This document shows positions 1 to 18,534 of a stretch of 64,000 bases of DNA, piece after piece. How positions within the stretch are numbered: position 1 is the stretch's first letter; every line of letters begins with the position of its first letter. This DNA is from Bugula neritina. Taxonomy: Eukaryota > Animalia > Bryozoa. The notes under the pieces were generated by a model. The model saw only the letters and a program-made list of their open reading frames with translations, made no database searches and had not been told where the DNA came from. The DNA is taken from assembly GCA_964035545.1 (NCBI GenBank), contig OZ037765.1:20770995-20834994 (forward strand), in the 5' to 3' direction. The position numbers were made by a program, and so were the translations under genes.

Positions 1-621
1 TTGCATAGATTAGTTGCTAGAATTATATCATTCATATAATTCTAAACAACCTAGAAAAGTGTATTCCCAAATTATTACCTGATTATTAAAACTGTCTCAT
101 AATTGCAGGCTAAATTTAGATACTGTTTTTCAAATAAATCAAAGAGTCTTAGAACTGCTTATAAAATTTGGGTAAAATTTAATATTATTCTTACTCTATT
201 GACATTTATCAAATTCAATTCATGTCAAGGTATGTGTTTTTTCTAAACTTATAATTTGCAATGAACAACTTAGGCAACCATGCAACTATTATCAAATTGT
301 TAATTTTTCTATGAGTGAATTGTTCTAGAGAGTAACAGCTTTTTAGAGATGACAGCTTTGTACATGTCTGTAACTGTTGTTTACCAAAATTTTACAAAAC
401 TAAATTATAATTTGTGATGTGATACTTGCTAGAATTAAAAGTTTTGCAATTATATAAAACTTACAGAGCCATCTAAAAGATAAGTTATAAGCAAGCAGTT
501 TCATTTTTTAAAAAAAACAAACCATTTGTAAAGCTGCTATTATGAAAAACCAGTTAATAGACATCTATATTATTCAATTAAGTTATGATTCCTTTAAAAA
601 TGTGTTATTTTTAGTAACAAC

Positions 622-2947
<2,326 letters not shown>

Positions 2948-3202
2948 CTAAAAGTAAACCAGTGCTTTACAGAATATTCATTATGAAAACTTCTTCAATA
3001 TAATATCTATTAAAAATTTAGGATTTAATACAGCTTTCATACAAATTTACCATAACAAAAAACTTTTTTTAAATAGTTGGTAACACAAAAATAATTAGAA
3101 AATGTTTCACTATTAGCAAAACCACTTTTCCACCCAAGTTTGTGATTATTACTTTTAAAAATTTTGAGTAAAAAAATTTCAAAATACTTAAAAAAAGCTT
3201 AC

Positions 3203-6200
3203 CCTCTGTTGGAAGAACTCCAGTAGGATTTTCTGCGGCAATGGTATTCCAGTCAATTATCCAGCTTTTTGATTCACAGGGCAACGTTGTTGGTGGTGTG
3301 GTAGTTGGAGTTGCACTTGTACTTGTACTGTATGGTGACGTTTCAGTGGTTTCGTCATCAGTTGAGCTTGTTTGTTCATAACTTGTACTGTATGATGAAG
3401 TTTCAGTGGTTTCGTCATCAGTCGAGCCTGTTTGTTCATGACTTGTACTGTATGGTGACGTTTCAGTGGTTTCGTCATCAGTCGAGCCCGTTTGATTATA
3501 ATTTGTACTGTATGGTGGCGTTTCAGTGGTTTCGTCATCAGTTGAGCCTGTTTGTTCATAACTTGTACTGTATGGTGACGTTTCAGTGGTTTCGTCATCA
3601 GTCGAGCCCGTTTGTTCATAACTTGTACTGTATGGTGACGTTTCAGTGGTTTCGTCATCAGTCGAGCCCGTTTGTTCATAACTTGTACTGTATAGTGACG
3701 TTTCAGTGATTTCGTCATCAGTTGAGCTTGTTTGTTCATAACTTGTACTGTATGATGAAGTTTCAGTGGTTTCGTCATCAGTCGAGCCTGTTTGTTCATG
3801 ACTTGTACTGTATGGTGACGTTTCAGTGGTTTCGTCATCAGTCGAGCCCGTTTGATTATAATTTGTACTGTATGGTGGCGTTTCAGTGGTTTCGTCATCA
3901 GTTGAGCCCGTTTGTTCAAAACTTGTACTGTATGGTGACGTTTCAGTGGTTTCGTCATCAGTCGAGCCCGTTTGTTCATAACTTGTACTGTATGGTGACG
4001 TTTCAGTGGTTTCGTCATCAGTCGAGCCCGTTTGTTCATAATTTGTACTGTATGGTGACGTTTCAGTGATTTCGTCATCAGTCGAGCTCGTTTGTTCAAA
4101 ACTTGTGCTGTATGGTGACGTTTCAGTTATTTCATCAGTCGAGCCCGTTTGTTCATAACTTGTACTGTATGGTGACGTTTCAGTGGTTTCGTCATCAGTT
4201 GAGCTTGTTTGTTCATGACTTGTACTGTATGACGAAGTTTCAGTGATTTCATCATCAGTCGAGCCTGTTTGTTCATAACTTGTACTGTATGGTGACGTTT
4301 CAGTTATATCATCAGTCGAGCCCGTTTGTTCATAACTTGTACTGTATGGTGACGTTTCAGTGGTTTCGTCATCAGTCGAGCCTGTTTGTTCATAACTTGT
4401 ACTGTATGGTGACGTTTCAGTGATTTCATCATCAGTTGAGTCCGTTTGTTCATAACTTGTACTGTATGGTGACGTTTCAGTTATATTATCAGTCGAGCCC
4501 GTTTGTTCATAACTTGTGCTGTATGGTGACGTTTCAGTGATTTCGTCATCAGTCGAGCCCGTTTGTTCATAACTTGTGCTGTATGGTGACGTTTCAGTGG
4601 TTTCGTCATCAGTCGAGCCTGTTTGTTCATAACTTGTACTGTATGGTGACGTTTCAGTGATTTCATCATCAGTTGAGTCCGTTTGTTCATAACTTGTACT
4701 GTATGGTGACGTTTCAGTTATATTATCAGTCGAGCCCGTTTGTTCATAACTTGTGCTGTATGGTGACGTTTCAGTGATTTCGTCATCAGTCGAGCCCGTT
4801 TGTTCAAAACTTGTGCTGTATGGTGACGTTTCAGTGGTTTCGTCATCAGTCGAGCCTGTTTGTTCATAACTTGTACTGTATGGTGACGTTTCAGTGATTT
4901 CATCATCAGTTGAGTCCGTTTGTTCATAACTTGTACTGTATGGTGACGTTTCAGTTATATTATCAGTCGAGCCCGTTTGTTCATAACTTGTGCTGTATGG
5001 TGACGTTTCAGTGGTTTCGTCATCAGTCGAGCCTGTTTGTTCATAACTTGTACTGTATGGTGACGTTTCAGTGATTTCATCATCAGTTGAGTCCGTTTGT
5101 TCATAACTTGTACTGTATGGTGACGTTTCAGTGATTTCGTCATCAGTCGAGCTCGACTGTTCATAACTTGTACTGTACGGTGAAGTTTCAGTTATATCAT
5201 CAGTCGAGCCCGTTTGATCAAAACTTGTACTGTATGGTGACGTTTCAGTGGTTTCGTCATCAGTCAAGCCCGTTTGATTATAATTTGTACTGTATGGTGA
5301 CGTTTCAGTTATATCATCAGTCGAGCCCGTTTGTTCATAACTTGTACTGTATGGTGACGTTTCAGTGATTTCGTCATCAGTCGAGCCCAATTGTTCATAA
5401 CTTGTACTGTATGGTGACGTTTCAGTGGTTTCGTCATCAGTCGAGCCCAATTGTTCATAACTTGTACTGTATGGTGACGTTTCAGTGGTTTCGTCATCAG
5501 TCGAGCCCGTTTGTTCAAAACTTGTGCTGTATGGTGACGTTTCAGTGGTTTCGTCATCAGTCGAGCCCGTTTGTTCATAACTTGTACTGTATGGTGACGT
5601 TTCAGTGATTTCGTCATCAGTCAAGCTCGTTTGTTCAAAACTTGTACTGTATGGTGACGTTTCAGTTATATCATCAGTCGAGCCCGTTTGTTCATAATTT
5701 GTACTGTACGGTGACGTTTCAGTGATTTCGTCATCAGTCGAGCCTGTTTGTTCATAACTTGTACTGTATGGTGACGTTTCAGTGATTTCATCATCAGTTG
5801 AGTCCGTTTGTTCATAACTTGTACTGTATGGTGACGTTTCAGTGATTTCGTCATCAGTCGAGCTCGACTGTTCATAACTTGTGCTGTATGGTGACGTTTC
5901 AGTGATTTCATCATCAGTTGAGTCCGTTTGTTCATAACTTGTACTGTACGGTGACGTTTCAGTGGTTTCGTCATCAGTCGAGCCTGTTTGTTCATAACTC
6001 GTACTGTATGGTGACGTTTCAGTGGTTTCGTCATCAGTTGAGCCCGTTTGTTCATAACTTGTACTGTATGGTGACGTTTCAGTGATTTCATCATCAGTTG
6101 AGTCCGTTTGTTCATAACTTGTACTGTATGGTGACGTTTCAGTGGTTTCGTCATCAGTTGAGCCCGTTTGTTCATAACTTGTACTGTATGGTGACGTTTC

Positions 6201-6529
6201 AGTGATTTCATCATCAGTTGAGTTTGTTTGTTCAAAACTTGTGCTGTATGGTGACGTTTCAGTGATTTCGTCATCAGTCGAGCCCGTTTGTTCATAACTT
6301 GTACTGTATGGTGACGTTTCAGTGATTTCATCATCAGTTGAGTCTGTTTGTTCATAACTTGTACTGTATGGTGACGTTTCAGCGATTTCGTCATCAGTCG
6401 AGCCCGTTTGTTCATAACTTGTGCTGTATGGTGACGTTTCAGTGGTTTCATCATCAGTCGAGCCTGTTTGTTCATAACTTGTACTGTATGGTGAAGTTTC
6501 AGTTATTTCATCGTCAGTGGAGGCTGTAT
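3203..6529 (-). CDS. Gene B giant acidic Ser/Thr repeat (mucin-like) exon, ~1,108 aa
   Basis: Acceptor caacag|AT at 6529, donor G|gtaagc at 3203; 3327 nt open in the frame of ORF 3069..5624. About 53 copies of TDDETTETSPYSTSYEQTGS, then CESKSWIIDWNTI, homologous to the CEE..TIDWTAI linker of gene A. Confidence 0.88.
3325..6520. repeat. Coding minisatellite of 60-bp units (57-bp variants) with 360-bp and 237-bp higher-order periods
   Basis: Lines 3361/3721, 3421/3781 and 3481/3841 are identical (360-bp period); shadow ORFs at 4481, 4718 and 4955 are spaced 237 bp apart. Confidence 0.95.
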
Positions 6530-6743
6530 CTGTTGTATAGAAAAAAAAATTCTATCAATTTTCAATAGCTTATGGGACATAGGTCGTAAAAGGAGGTGAA
6601 CAGTGGGGTTAGTTATTTGAGCCATTGGGCTAGTTGAACTACATGCTTCAAATCATTTTTTCTGGATCGTTGCATTATTATACCTTTTTCAGCATAAGGC
6701 CACCCAATCAGATTTCCCACATGGACCCCATGTGGAAAATCTG

Positions 6744-7205
<462 letters not shown>

Positions 7206-7234
<29 letters not shown>
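7206..7234. repeat. (TA)n microsatellite, right flank of the hammerhead element
   Basis: Direct reading. Confidence 0.95.
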
Positions 7235-8336
7235 CGAATGAAAGCAAAATTTTCAAAATTTGGCTCTTTTTGCCCTCTCTGCCACCCCTACTCGCCCTTG
7301 CGCCTGCATTATTAACTTCCATACCTCTACTACTCGCTACCATACTTCTAGTCTGATTTACTAATATTTGTTTACATGTCACAATGTTTGAGTATATGAC
7401 AGTCCACCTAATCTAACCAACTAAGCCCCACCCTACTTTTCAAATTGTTTTGATTAGAATCAATTTAGAGAGTAGACAACTTATACTCGAATTGCGGCAG
7501 CTAAAGTCTTATCTTAATCTCAATCTTGTATAAATGTAAGGAAAAATAGATCTGCGAAGTCAATAAAATGAATAATTTATAATTATAGAGCTAAACCTGT
7601 TTCAGAGTATGAGTAAACTATTCTTTTTATAGTGAAATCATTAGCAAGACAGGACATAGTAACCTAAATGGGCGGCATGACTAATCCTAAAAGGTATTTT
7701 AAATTGGCTGCATCTACTTCTGGTTTTTGGTGAAAAAAAATTTTGTAACAAAGTTATAGCAGTAGTTATTACCTATTTGCAACTGTTGCGTTGTTCATAC
7801 CATAAGGGCTAATTTGGTTTTGCTTTTTTATACGACTTATTTTAATTTATTTGAAATAGAACTGACTATTGCAACATTAAAATTATATTTATAATTGAGA
7901 CCTCTGCTTTGTGCCACTTAAAACCTATGAGATAATCACAGGAGAAGCAGTTCTAGAAATTACGAAAAATTTTGAATATATTCAGTTCATATTATAATAG
8001 TGACTATAAATCAAATAGAACACCATAGTAATTATAGTTGGTTTTGAAAAAAATATGTGAATCCCTATAAAGAATTTCTTTTCATTCAACAATAATTACA
8101 TAATTATCCAATGCCAAAATTTAAAGTGTTTTGCAGAATTTATAAACATGTACATGTAGTAGAATGCTTTTGAAGTTCAGGTTGACATTGTTATACTTAC
8201 ACATAAATATTTTGCTTGTCAGCTATCTTTTGACCAACTTGAAGATCTAGAAGCTACTTCTATTTGTCTTGTTGAAAATCATTATATAAATCCAAAGCCA
8301 GCCAAGTGAAGTAATAAAATTCCTGCGGGCTTAGAC

Positions 8337-8642
8337 CAGGGATGTCCAAGGTTTTCAGAGCAAGGGTTAATGAAATGGAATATTTTATTGTGAGGGCCAC
8401 AAATTGCAAAATTCAGCTCGAGCTGGTGGCTACAGCATCAAGTTTTTCAAGGTAGTTTGTTCCAAGCTTCTATTATTCATTACACAATGGAATCCCATTA
8501 ACTACTGCAGGCTGCATGTTTTCTAGTATGCATAGACATACAGAATTTACATTAAGTGGTTTCCCTTCTCCAATTCATGCACAGAGCAAAATGATTTTAT
8601 AAGTGTTGTGGTTTGAGACCCACATAAATGTTGAAAAGCCTG
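8337..8642. mobile_element. Degenerate non-autonomous hAT (Charlie-like) element
   Basis: Termini CAGGGATGTCCAA ... TTGAAAAGCCTG; 8-bp flanks GCTTAGAC / GCTTAGGT (6/8 match). Confidence 0.55.
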
Positions 8643-8961
8643 GCTTAGGTGGTCAAGGAAGTGGATGTGTACTTATATACAGTATAATAATCTTAGAATA
8701 GCATAATTTAAAAGAGAAACTTTTTACTGAAATAGCTCTTTGAATAATTTTAAAACAATTCTATTTTACTTGAGCTAACTACTGCTATAAGTTACTGCTT
8801 TACATTTATTTTTATTGTAAGTAATTATTCTTAAAAGTATTATGCTTTGGTAGTCATTACTGTACTATTTTACAATATTATGTAATAGCATCTTATTTGA
8901 GTAACTAGTAATCTTCTGTAAACTAATCAGCAATAGCTCTTTAATAAGTTTGAAGCAACAA

Positions 8962-9400
8962 CAATTGACCTTTTTCAGAGGTCCCCAATGCCCCCCTTAC
9001 AATTAAGAGAACTGTCCATTCAAACTGAAAATTATTAAAGAAAATAAACTTTAACACATTTTTTGAGGTTTTTAGTTACTGAGAAATGCTGAAGTGCACT
9101 TTAGCATTTCTCAGTAATCAAAAGAACAAAAATGTGTTCAAGTTTATTTTCTTCAAAATCCCTTATGAAGACACATTTTTGAAATTTTTTTTTAACTGAT
9201 AATATGTGTACTTATAATATATCAAAATATTTATCTCCTAAAAGACTAATTTTATAGCATTATTAGAATTTTAAGTAGCATTTAAGTAGAATTTAATGAG
9301 TTTGCTCTTTATACAAAAGTTCAACCTATTCACTTTGAGAGAACCCAAATCTGAATTGCAAAGGGGTATGGAGGGGGGAGTCTTTGAAAAAAGTCTATTG
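8962..9400. mobile_element. MITE with imperfect TIRs and an internal ~115-bp palindrome
   Basis: CAATTGACCTTTTTCAGAGGTCCCC versus the reverse complement of the right end, CAATAGACTTTTTTCAAAGACTCCCC; hairpin at ~9037-9153 centred on GTGCAC; lies between two diverged ~95-bp direct repeats (8865-8960, 9405-9500). Confidence 0.6.
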
Positions 9401-10248
9401 GCAGTATTTTCTTACAATATTTTGTAATAGTATCTTATTTGAGTAAGTAGTAATCTTCTGTAAACTGATCAACAATAACCCTTCAACAAGTTGCAGCCAA
9501 GTTTACATTTAAGTTTCAATTTACTTATACACTGACACTGATCAGGTTCCCACAAAAATTGGGTGGAGTATACATGATTTCAAATATAAATATGGCCTAC
9601 ATAACTGGCTTATGCTTTTGGAACCAGTTTAATATAAGTCTATTTTTATTTTTTGTACTATGTTTAGCAAATGATATGTTACAGGCTGTATTACACAGAA
9701 TGAAGTTTAAAAGTTGTAACTAGCTTATGCAAAGTGATGAGAAAATAAATACCATATTTGAAATGGCCAATTATCTATAGCTAAATTACACGAGAAGCAT
9801 CATGGCAGGTGTTGCAGGATTACGTTTGGTACAAACTATCCAGTTCTGTAGCATAAACTAACAATTTTCCAAAAGGAAATCCTGTTTCAAGACTTGTGAG
9901 TTATAATGTTAAAGAATAGCTACGTAAGGGTATGTATGCACTAATATGAACAATACTTCCATGCATTACTAAATCTTTAACAACAAATATCTATTCATAT
10001 TACAACTTGCAAATGCAACAATTATAATGCCATGAGGCAAATGAGTAACAAGTAGATAAAGAACATTTTTAGAAAAATAAGAGAATATTCAACTTGTCTA
10101 TTTACGCATGTAATGTATTTTAAATAAACCATTTGATACAATAATTGCTTAACTCGATGACTTTCTTTACTCTTTTCATGCTAAATAAGACCACACCTAT
10201 GTTTTTCAGAATGTTATGCATTTTTTATGTAACTTAATGCAATTTTAC

Positions 10249-10369
10249 CTTCTTGTCAGGCTTGAAGTACTTTGACATCCTAATAGTCTTCATATTTAAC
10301 ATCCCACATAGGAATTCACAGCTTCCAAATTATCCTCATTAGCAACTTAGGTCACATATATGATCATAT
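10249..10369 (-). pseudogene. Probable decayed late-prodomain exon of gene B
   Basis: AG..GT bounded; fragments YDHI and EFLCG (cysteine-switch-like) lie in different frames and every frame has stops. Adjacent intron 9900-10210 aligns with 63700-64000 of gene A. Confidence 0.4.
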
Positions 10370-10410
10370 CTAATAGAGCCAACTAAGAATGATTACTTAA
10401 TCAAAATATA

Positions 10411-11673
10411 GGGGTAAGGGGGGTGGGGGCGTAATAGGCTAAATTTTAAATTTTTTGTTCTCATTCGTCTGTTTTTCAAGTTACTAGTTCAATAACCTCT
10501 AGCCTACATTCTACACCAGTTGTCTATTATAGGTATCAGTTTGTTGTTTCTATCTCTTTCACAACTTTCAGAATAATGAAATTTTCATGGCGAAAAGATT
10601 GGCCCATTGTGCTCCGGTACCAGCCTACAATGGGCCACTGGGTGGGGTACAACAAGTACATTGAAACTTTGCTGATTTGGTTGCATCTGATCTTTATTTA
10701 TTCAATTGTACAAATAAATAAAAATATTTTTTCAAATTTGCATCGAGCATCATGTTTTAGCTGTACAGTTTGTGCCACTTTGGATAGCAGGGGAAGGCAA
10801 AAATCAAACGGACATCACTTATTTCTACGGTGCCATTATCATTACTGTTTAGAGCTAAAAATATTTTTTCTATTTCCACTTCACAGGAACTTTCATCAGA
10901 AAAAACTTTAGTAACATGTACTACAAAATTCTAAGCGTGGACATTTTCTATGAACTGTAGCTAAGGTGCATGGCTGATAATTGTGACAGGAGTGCGGAAG
11001 GGGGTGAGGAGAAAATGAGCACATCACAATTTATTTTATTCAAATACATGTATATTCTCTCAATGATATAATATACAGTATAATGGATATCATGACTATC
11101 TATTAGTAGCAACAGCAGAGTGTTTTGTATGATGTATGCGATGGCAAAGCTTTAACCTCACCAGATGTATATATTAGGGCAGCTTAACCTTGTAGTTTGG
11201 TAGTCTCACCATGATGTCTTTGATATGTTACAAAAAGGTCAGAAATGGCTCTATCTATAGATTTTAGTAACATTTCAGCTAACTTTTTGGGCAAACAGAC
11301 TAATAACAGTGATCAGGGTGCAATAATCAGGTGGCCCATTGTGCCCCGTGTGGCCAATTAGTTGAAAATAAATGTGGCTCAAGGAAGACTTATTTTAGAG
11401 TTCGTTATTATACAAATTAAGCAATGTAGAGACAAGCAATGACAACTATATCAGTAAAACATATGTTTGTTACTTTTGAGTGTAAAGCTTTAACGACATC
11501 TTTAAAGTTTTACGAAATATAGGTGAAAGCAGTTTTTTGACTCGCCTTTTCAACATAATATATGCTCTACAAGTGTTGAAACTACAATGGCTGAATAATT
11601 ATGTCAGTACCTTTTTATTAAAAAAGTCGCAACTCTAAGTCAATAAGTTCTCTCACCCTCTTCCCCTTACCCC
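10411..11673. mobile_element. Possible non-autonomous TIR element with TA(TA) flanks
   Basis: TATA-GGGGTAAGGGG at 10407 and CCCCTTACCCC-TATA ending at 11677; no coding capacity seen. Confidence 0.45.
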
Positions 11674-11723
11674 TATAGCCTATTAAATAGGCTATATTAT
11701 ATTTTGATTAAGTGTTTACACAC

Positions 11724-14719
<2,996 letters not shown>

Positions 14720-15224
14720 ATTGGTGGTGAGAACACCAGTCGAATGATGTTATGCATTGTTTAGTGTGGTTATAACAGATGGGCGTAGCAAATACTCTTT
14801 TCTTTTGTAAAAATCTATAACATGACTACTTTTGTTCTTGTTTTCTTTTGCTACACAATCATGGGTGGAGCTGGATATACATTGATGAATAGGTGATGTT
14901 TTCATTGTAGAATAATTTGAGAAGCATCTATTCATTCATGCATTTATGTCTAATAGTCTATACCGTAAGAACAAAACTAACCCATAATAAGACACATAAC
15001 TAACGTTACTATATTATGAAAATTAAGTGCATACTATTAGGTTACATAGTATGAAGCTAAACTTATTTTCTTAGATCACAATCTTTAGAACGCTTTAAAT
15101 GGTTCAGTGTACATTATTAACATGATTATAATATTTTTTCACCATAAAATAATTAAGTTGTTTAGGCTTTTCAATTTGCAACATAATGAATTTGCATTCT
15201 ACATTAAATACTACTGCATACTTA

Positions 15225-15227
<3 letters not shown>

Positions 15228-15316
<89 letters not shown>
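15228..15316. repeat. (TA)n microsatellite
   Basis: Direct reading. Confidence 0.95.
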
Positions 15317-15319
<3 letters not shown>

Positions 15320-15741
15320 TTGTTTATTAAGTTGAGGTTTTATTTGTTTTATGTAGAGAGCTTCGGCTAATTTTCTATAATGGATTTCTTTAAATGACTG
15401 ATTGAAAACTGTTACGCTGTCTATTGATATGCTACCGTTTTTAGTAGTAGAGATATGTTGATATATTTTGAGTTTATGTCATGGCAATGTTCATTTATTC
15501 TGTGTGATATATAGGCTACTCCTTCATAAGGTAGTTGAAGTAACCTATTTTTTTGCTGTCCTTTTCACTGAGTAGTTCGTTACAAATGTTGTTAATCGTC
15601 TTTCCTAATACGCATTTAAGGTAGCTATTTTTATCTTATAACCGAAGTGTACTAAATATGCATAATTTTAAACTGAAATAAAGCATTTAAAAGGCAAGCA
15701 GCTTCTATGCTTAATGTAGAGTGATGCGCATACTTTTACAG

Positions 15742-15878
15742 AATGAGACAGCTATTGATATATTTACAAGAAATAAATATGTTGATGGCACAGTAGAAGG
15801 TTTCAATGTGATTGAGAAACTGCCTGAGCTTGTCATGTCTAGTAAAACCCATTTTGAGCACTTGATGGCATTTACATA
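15742..15878 (+). pseudogene. Orphan inverted copy of metalloprotease exon 60372-60508 with flanking intron sequence
   Basis: Same 137-nt length, 15 differences by hand count, AG and GT retained; [45 protein letters not shown]. Flanks ~15650-15940 align to the reverse complement of ~60300-60600. Confidence 0.9.
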
Positions 15879-18534
15879 GTAAATATATGCAGTTCCAATG
15901 GTTCAAACCGCACACACAACACTAACGGTCACACGCACGCATGTGCTTCATATATGGTTCAACTAGCCCTATACACTGTCACACTACAAATTAGTGTCAA
16001 TATCTGCTGTGAATAAGATATTTTTGCAGCTTAGGTCATTGGCCAGTTTTAAAAGCATGTGGACAATACATGTCTGAATTTACTAGACTGGGCTCGTAAA
16101 ATTTGAGAATAAGTTTTAGTTTTCTCATTTTTTATGCAAAAAATGTAAAAAATCCTCGCTCACCTGAAGGTTTCTACTTTGATTTTATATATTTCCATAC
16201 GTCTGGTAGTTCACCTGAAACTCTATTAAGTAAAGGAGGTAAAATACAGCAATGATTTTAAGGAGACATTTTAGAGCATGTGGTCCAACTAGCACCAGTG
16301 GTTCAAATAGCCCCACTCTCCCCTATATTATTTTATCTTATTTCAAAACCCTTTCGATTCTTTCATACTGATACATCTACAAGTTTAGTTTTTAAATCCT
16401 AGTTATACATTGAGTTTGAATTGAATTTTTACAAATTTTTTTCAATAGAGTGCCTAAAAGTATAGAATGAAATTTAGTACTTCAATTTATTGCAATTTAG
16501 TGTCTGTAATTTGTGTATTAAGATACACAGGATACTACAGGACTCAAGGTGATTAGTATCGACTCATTATTCACTACTCAGTTGGAGTCAACTGCCACAC
16601 TTGGACTGAAACCTCAGTCATCTACCGTAGAACCAGTCAACCAAGCTTAAAATAAATATTTGCCACTATGCATTAGAGTTGGAGTAACAATTAATATTTT
16701 GCTTATTGGTGCAGTCATTGCTGTCATTGTCTGCGATTGATTTCAAATTCAAGTAAGCTCTAACCAAGAATAAATTATGTATGACCTGCAGTTATATAAA
16801 AAAAAATTATTTGTGACAGCCTTGTGCAATATGTTCTATTTTCTGCAAAAATACAGAAAAAATCTACTGGCGCACCTCAGAACCCGGAATGCCATAGAAC
16901 TATCTGATTATGAACAGGGAGAAACGGCAGCAGTTCCACCAGTGCAAGTGATATAGAAAAGCGTCTCTGTTGCATGGAAAAAATCTGATAAGACTTGTCA
17001 ATTCCGGAAAGTAATAAAAATCAACTTATTTTATAGCATATACTTTCAAAAGTATGACATTGTTAGTGGTTAAATACGAGTGCGTAATGTATATTATGGT
17101 GTTCAACTTTTGTTTAGATAAACAGATTCTTGGTTGATTTACTTATAATCTGTAGCCAATCCTTTGCTGCTCATGATATATGTTGATTATTTAATAGCTT
17201 TTAATAAGTTTGCAAATGTTTTCACACATAGAGTGCGCTAAGAAACTATAGGCCTATAGACAGAATGTGTATGCTAACCCCAAAACAATCTGTAGATTAT
17301 GATTATCATAATGAATTTATATGCTAATAAACTGTATAGTAAAATGATTAATTGATTAAAAGTGATATAGTTGTCTAATAATTTATGTATTTATCATCAA
17401 TAAATGTCATCAAGCTAGTTATTTGTGCCATATTAAGAATATATAATATATAATTTAAAATGATGCTTTTGTAGATAGGTAAGTCAATGCTGACAGAAAG
17501 CTAAACTCATCAAGCCCAAGCTGTACAGAAATGAGAAAAAACCGGCTTAGAAATAACATTCTAACATAAAAACTTCGTTTATTTTAGTAAAACTTTTCTC
17601 ATCTATATATATTTTTCTAGAAAATTGATGCTAAGAAGTACAGCAAAGAAATTTTTTAACCTGATTGATTTTGTGGATCAGTTGATGACCCTCAACTCTA
17701 TATAAAAACATGGTTATTTTAATGGATTGTGCTTTAAATTTTATACAAACTTAAATATAATTTTTTTGCTTTGTGAGAATATTTTTACATTTAAATTTAT
17801 GATTGAAATAGATTTTACTTTACCATAAAGCTACAATGTTCAAACATTCATATTATGCCTAATAATTTCAAACAATTCATCAAACATTGAAAAAATATAT
17901 ACGTTTAAAATGTATATTTATCCAATATATAAGAAGATGCAGTTTGAGAAATAAGGCTTGCAATAATTTAGTTAAACAACTACTATAATATAATGACAGG
18001 TTACAGGAATTCCACAAAATATAATATATGGCAATCAAAAATAATTTTGCTTTTAGTGATTAGCATAGAAAAAATAAAATTTTTTCAAGATATATAGCCT
18101 GTTACTTTTAATTGTAGAAATACAATGTATCAAATAAATAATCACAAATTTATGATATCACAGTAATATAATGACGTCCTGCCACTCGAACAGGACAGAG
18201 CGGAGATAGGCGAGGGATAAGTGAGGACAGAAATATAATGATGTAGCAAGTCTTAAATTAACTAAATTAATTGTCTTAATTAGTAGAAAATATTTTATAA
18301 AAATAAAATTAATTGTCATCAGTTAATAGAGCTTAGTGTGCATATAGGTAGAAACATTTAGGAGCAGTAGCGGAGAAATTGAGATGGCTTAATTTATTAA
18401 AATCTCTTTATATATTTTGGTTTGGAACTGGTTGAAATTCTTGCGAAAGCATGACTTCCTTTGCTAAATTTCTCAATTCCTCCATTACTGCACCTATCTT
18501 GGTAGACATTGCTAAGTTTGCATGTTCAAATTCT

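Noticed and set aside
3325-6520. Minus-strand CTGATGA-C-GAAAC in every repeat looks like an array of hammerhead cores; the regular repeats also resemble a CRISPR array
   Set aside because: There is no stem II between the core motifs; the sequence simply encodes T-D-D-E-T. There are no unique spacers or cas genes, and the context is eukaryotic coding sequence.
3257-6568. Alternative-frame and antisense ORFs (MNKRARL.., LYCMVTFQ..)
   Set aside because: Shadow ORFs of the coding minisatellite.
16270-16327. Pogo/Tc1-like terminus (GCCCCACTCTCCCCTATA)
   Set aside because: No partner TIR identified.
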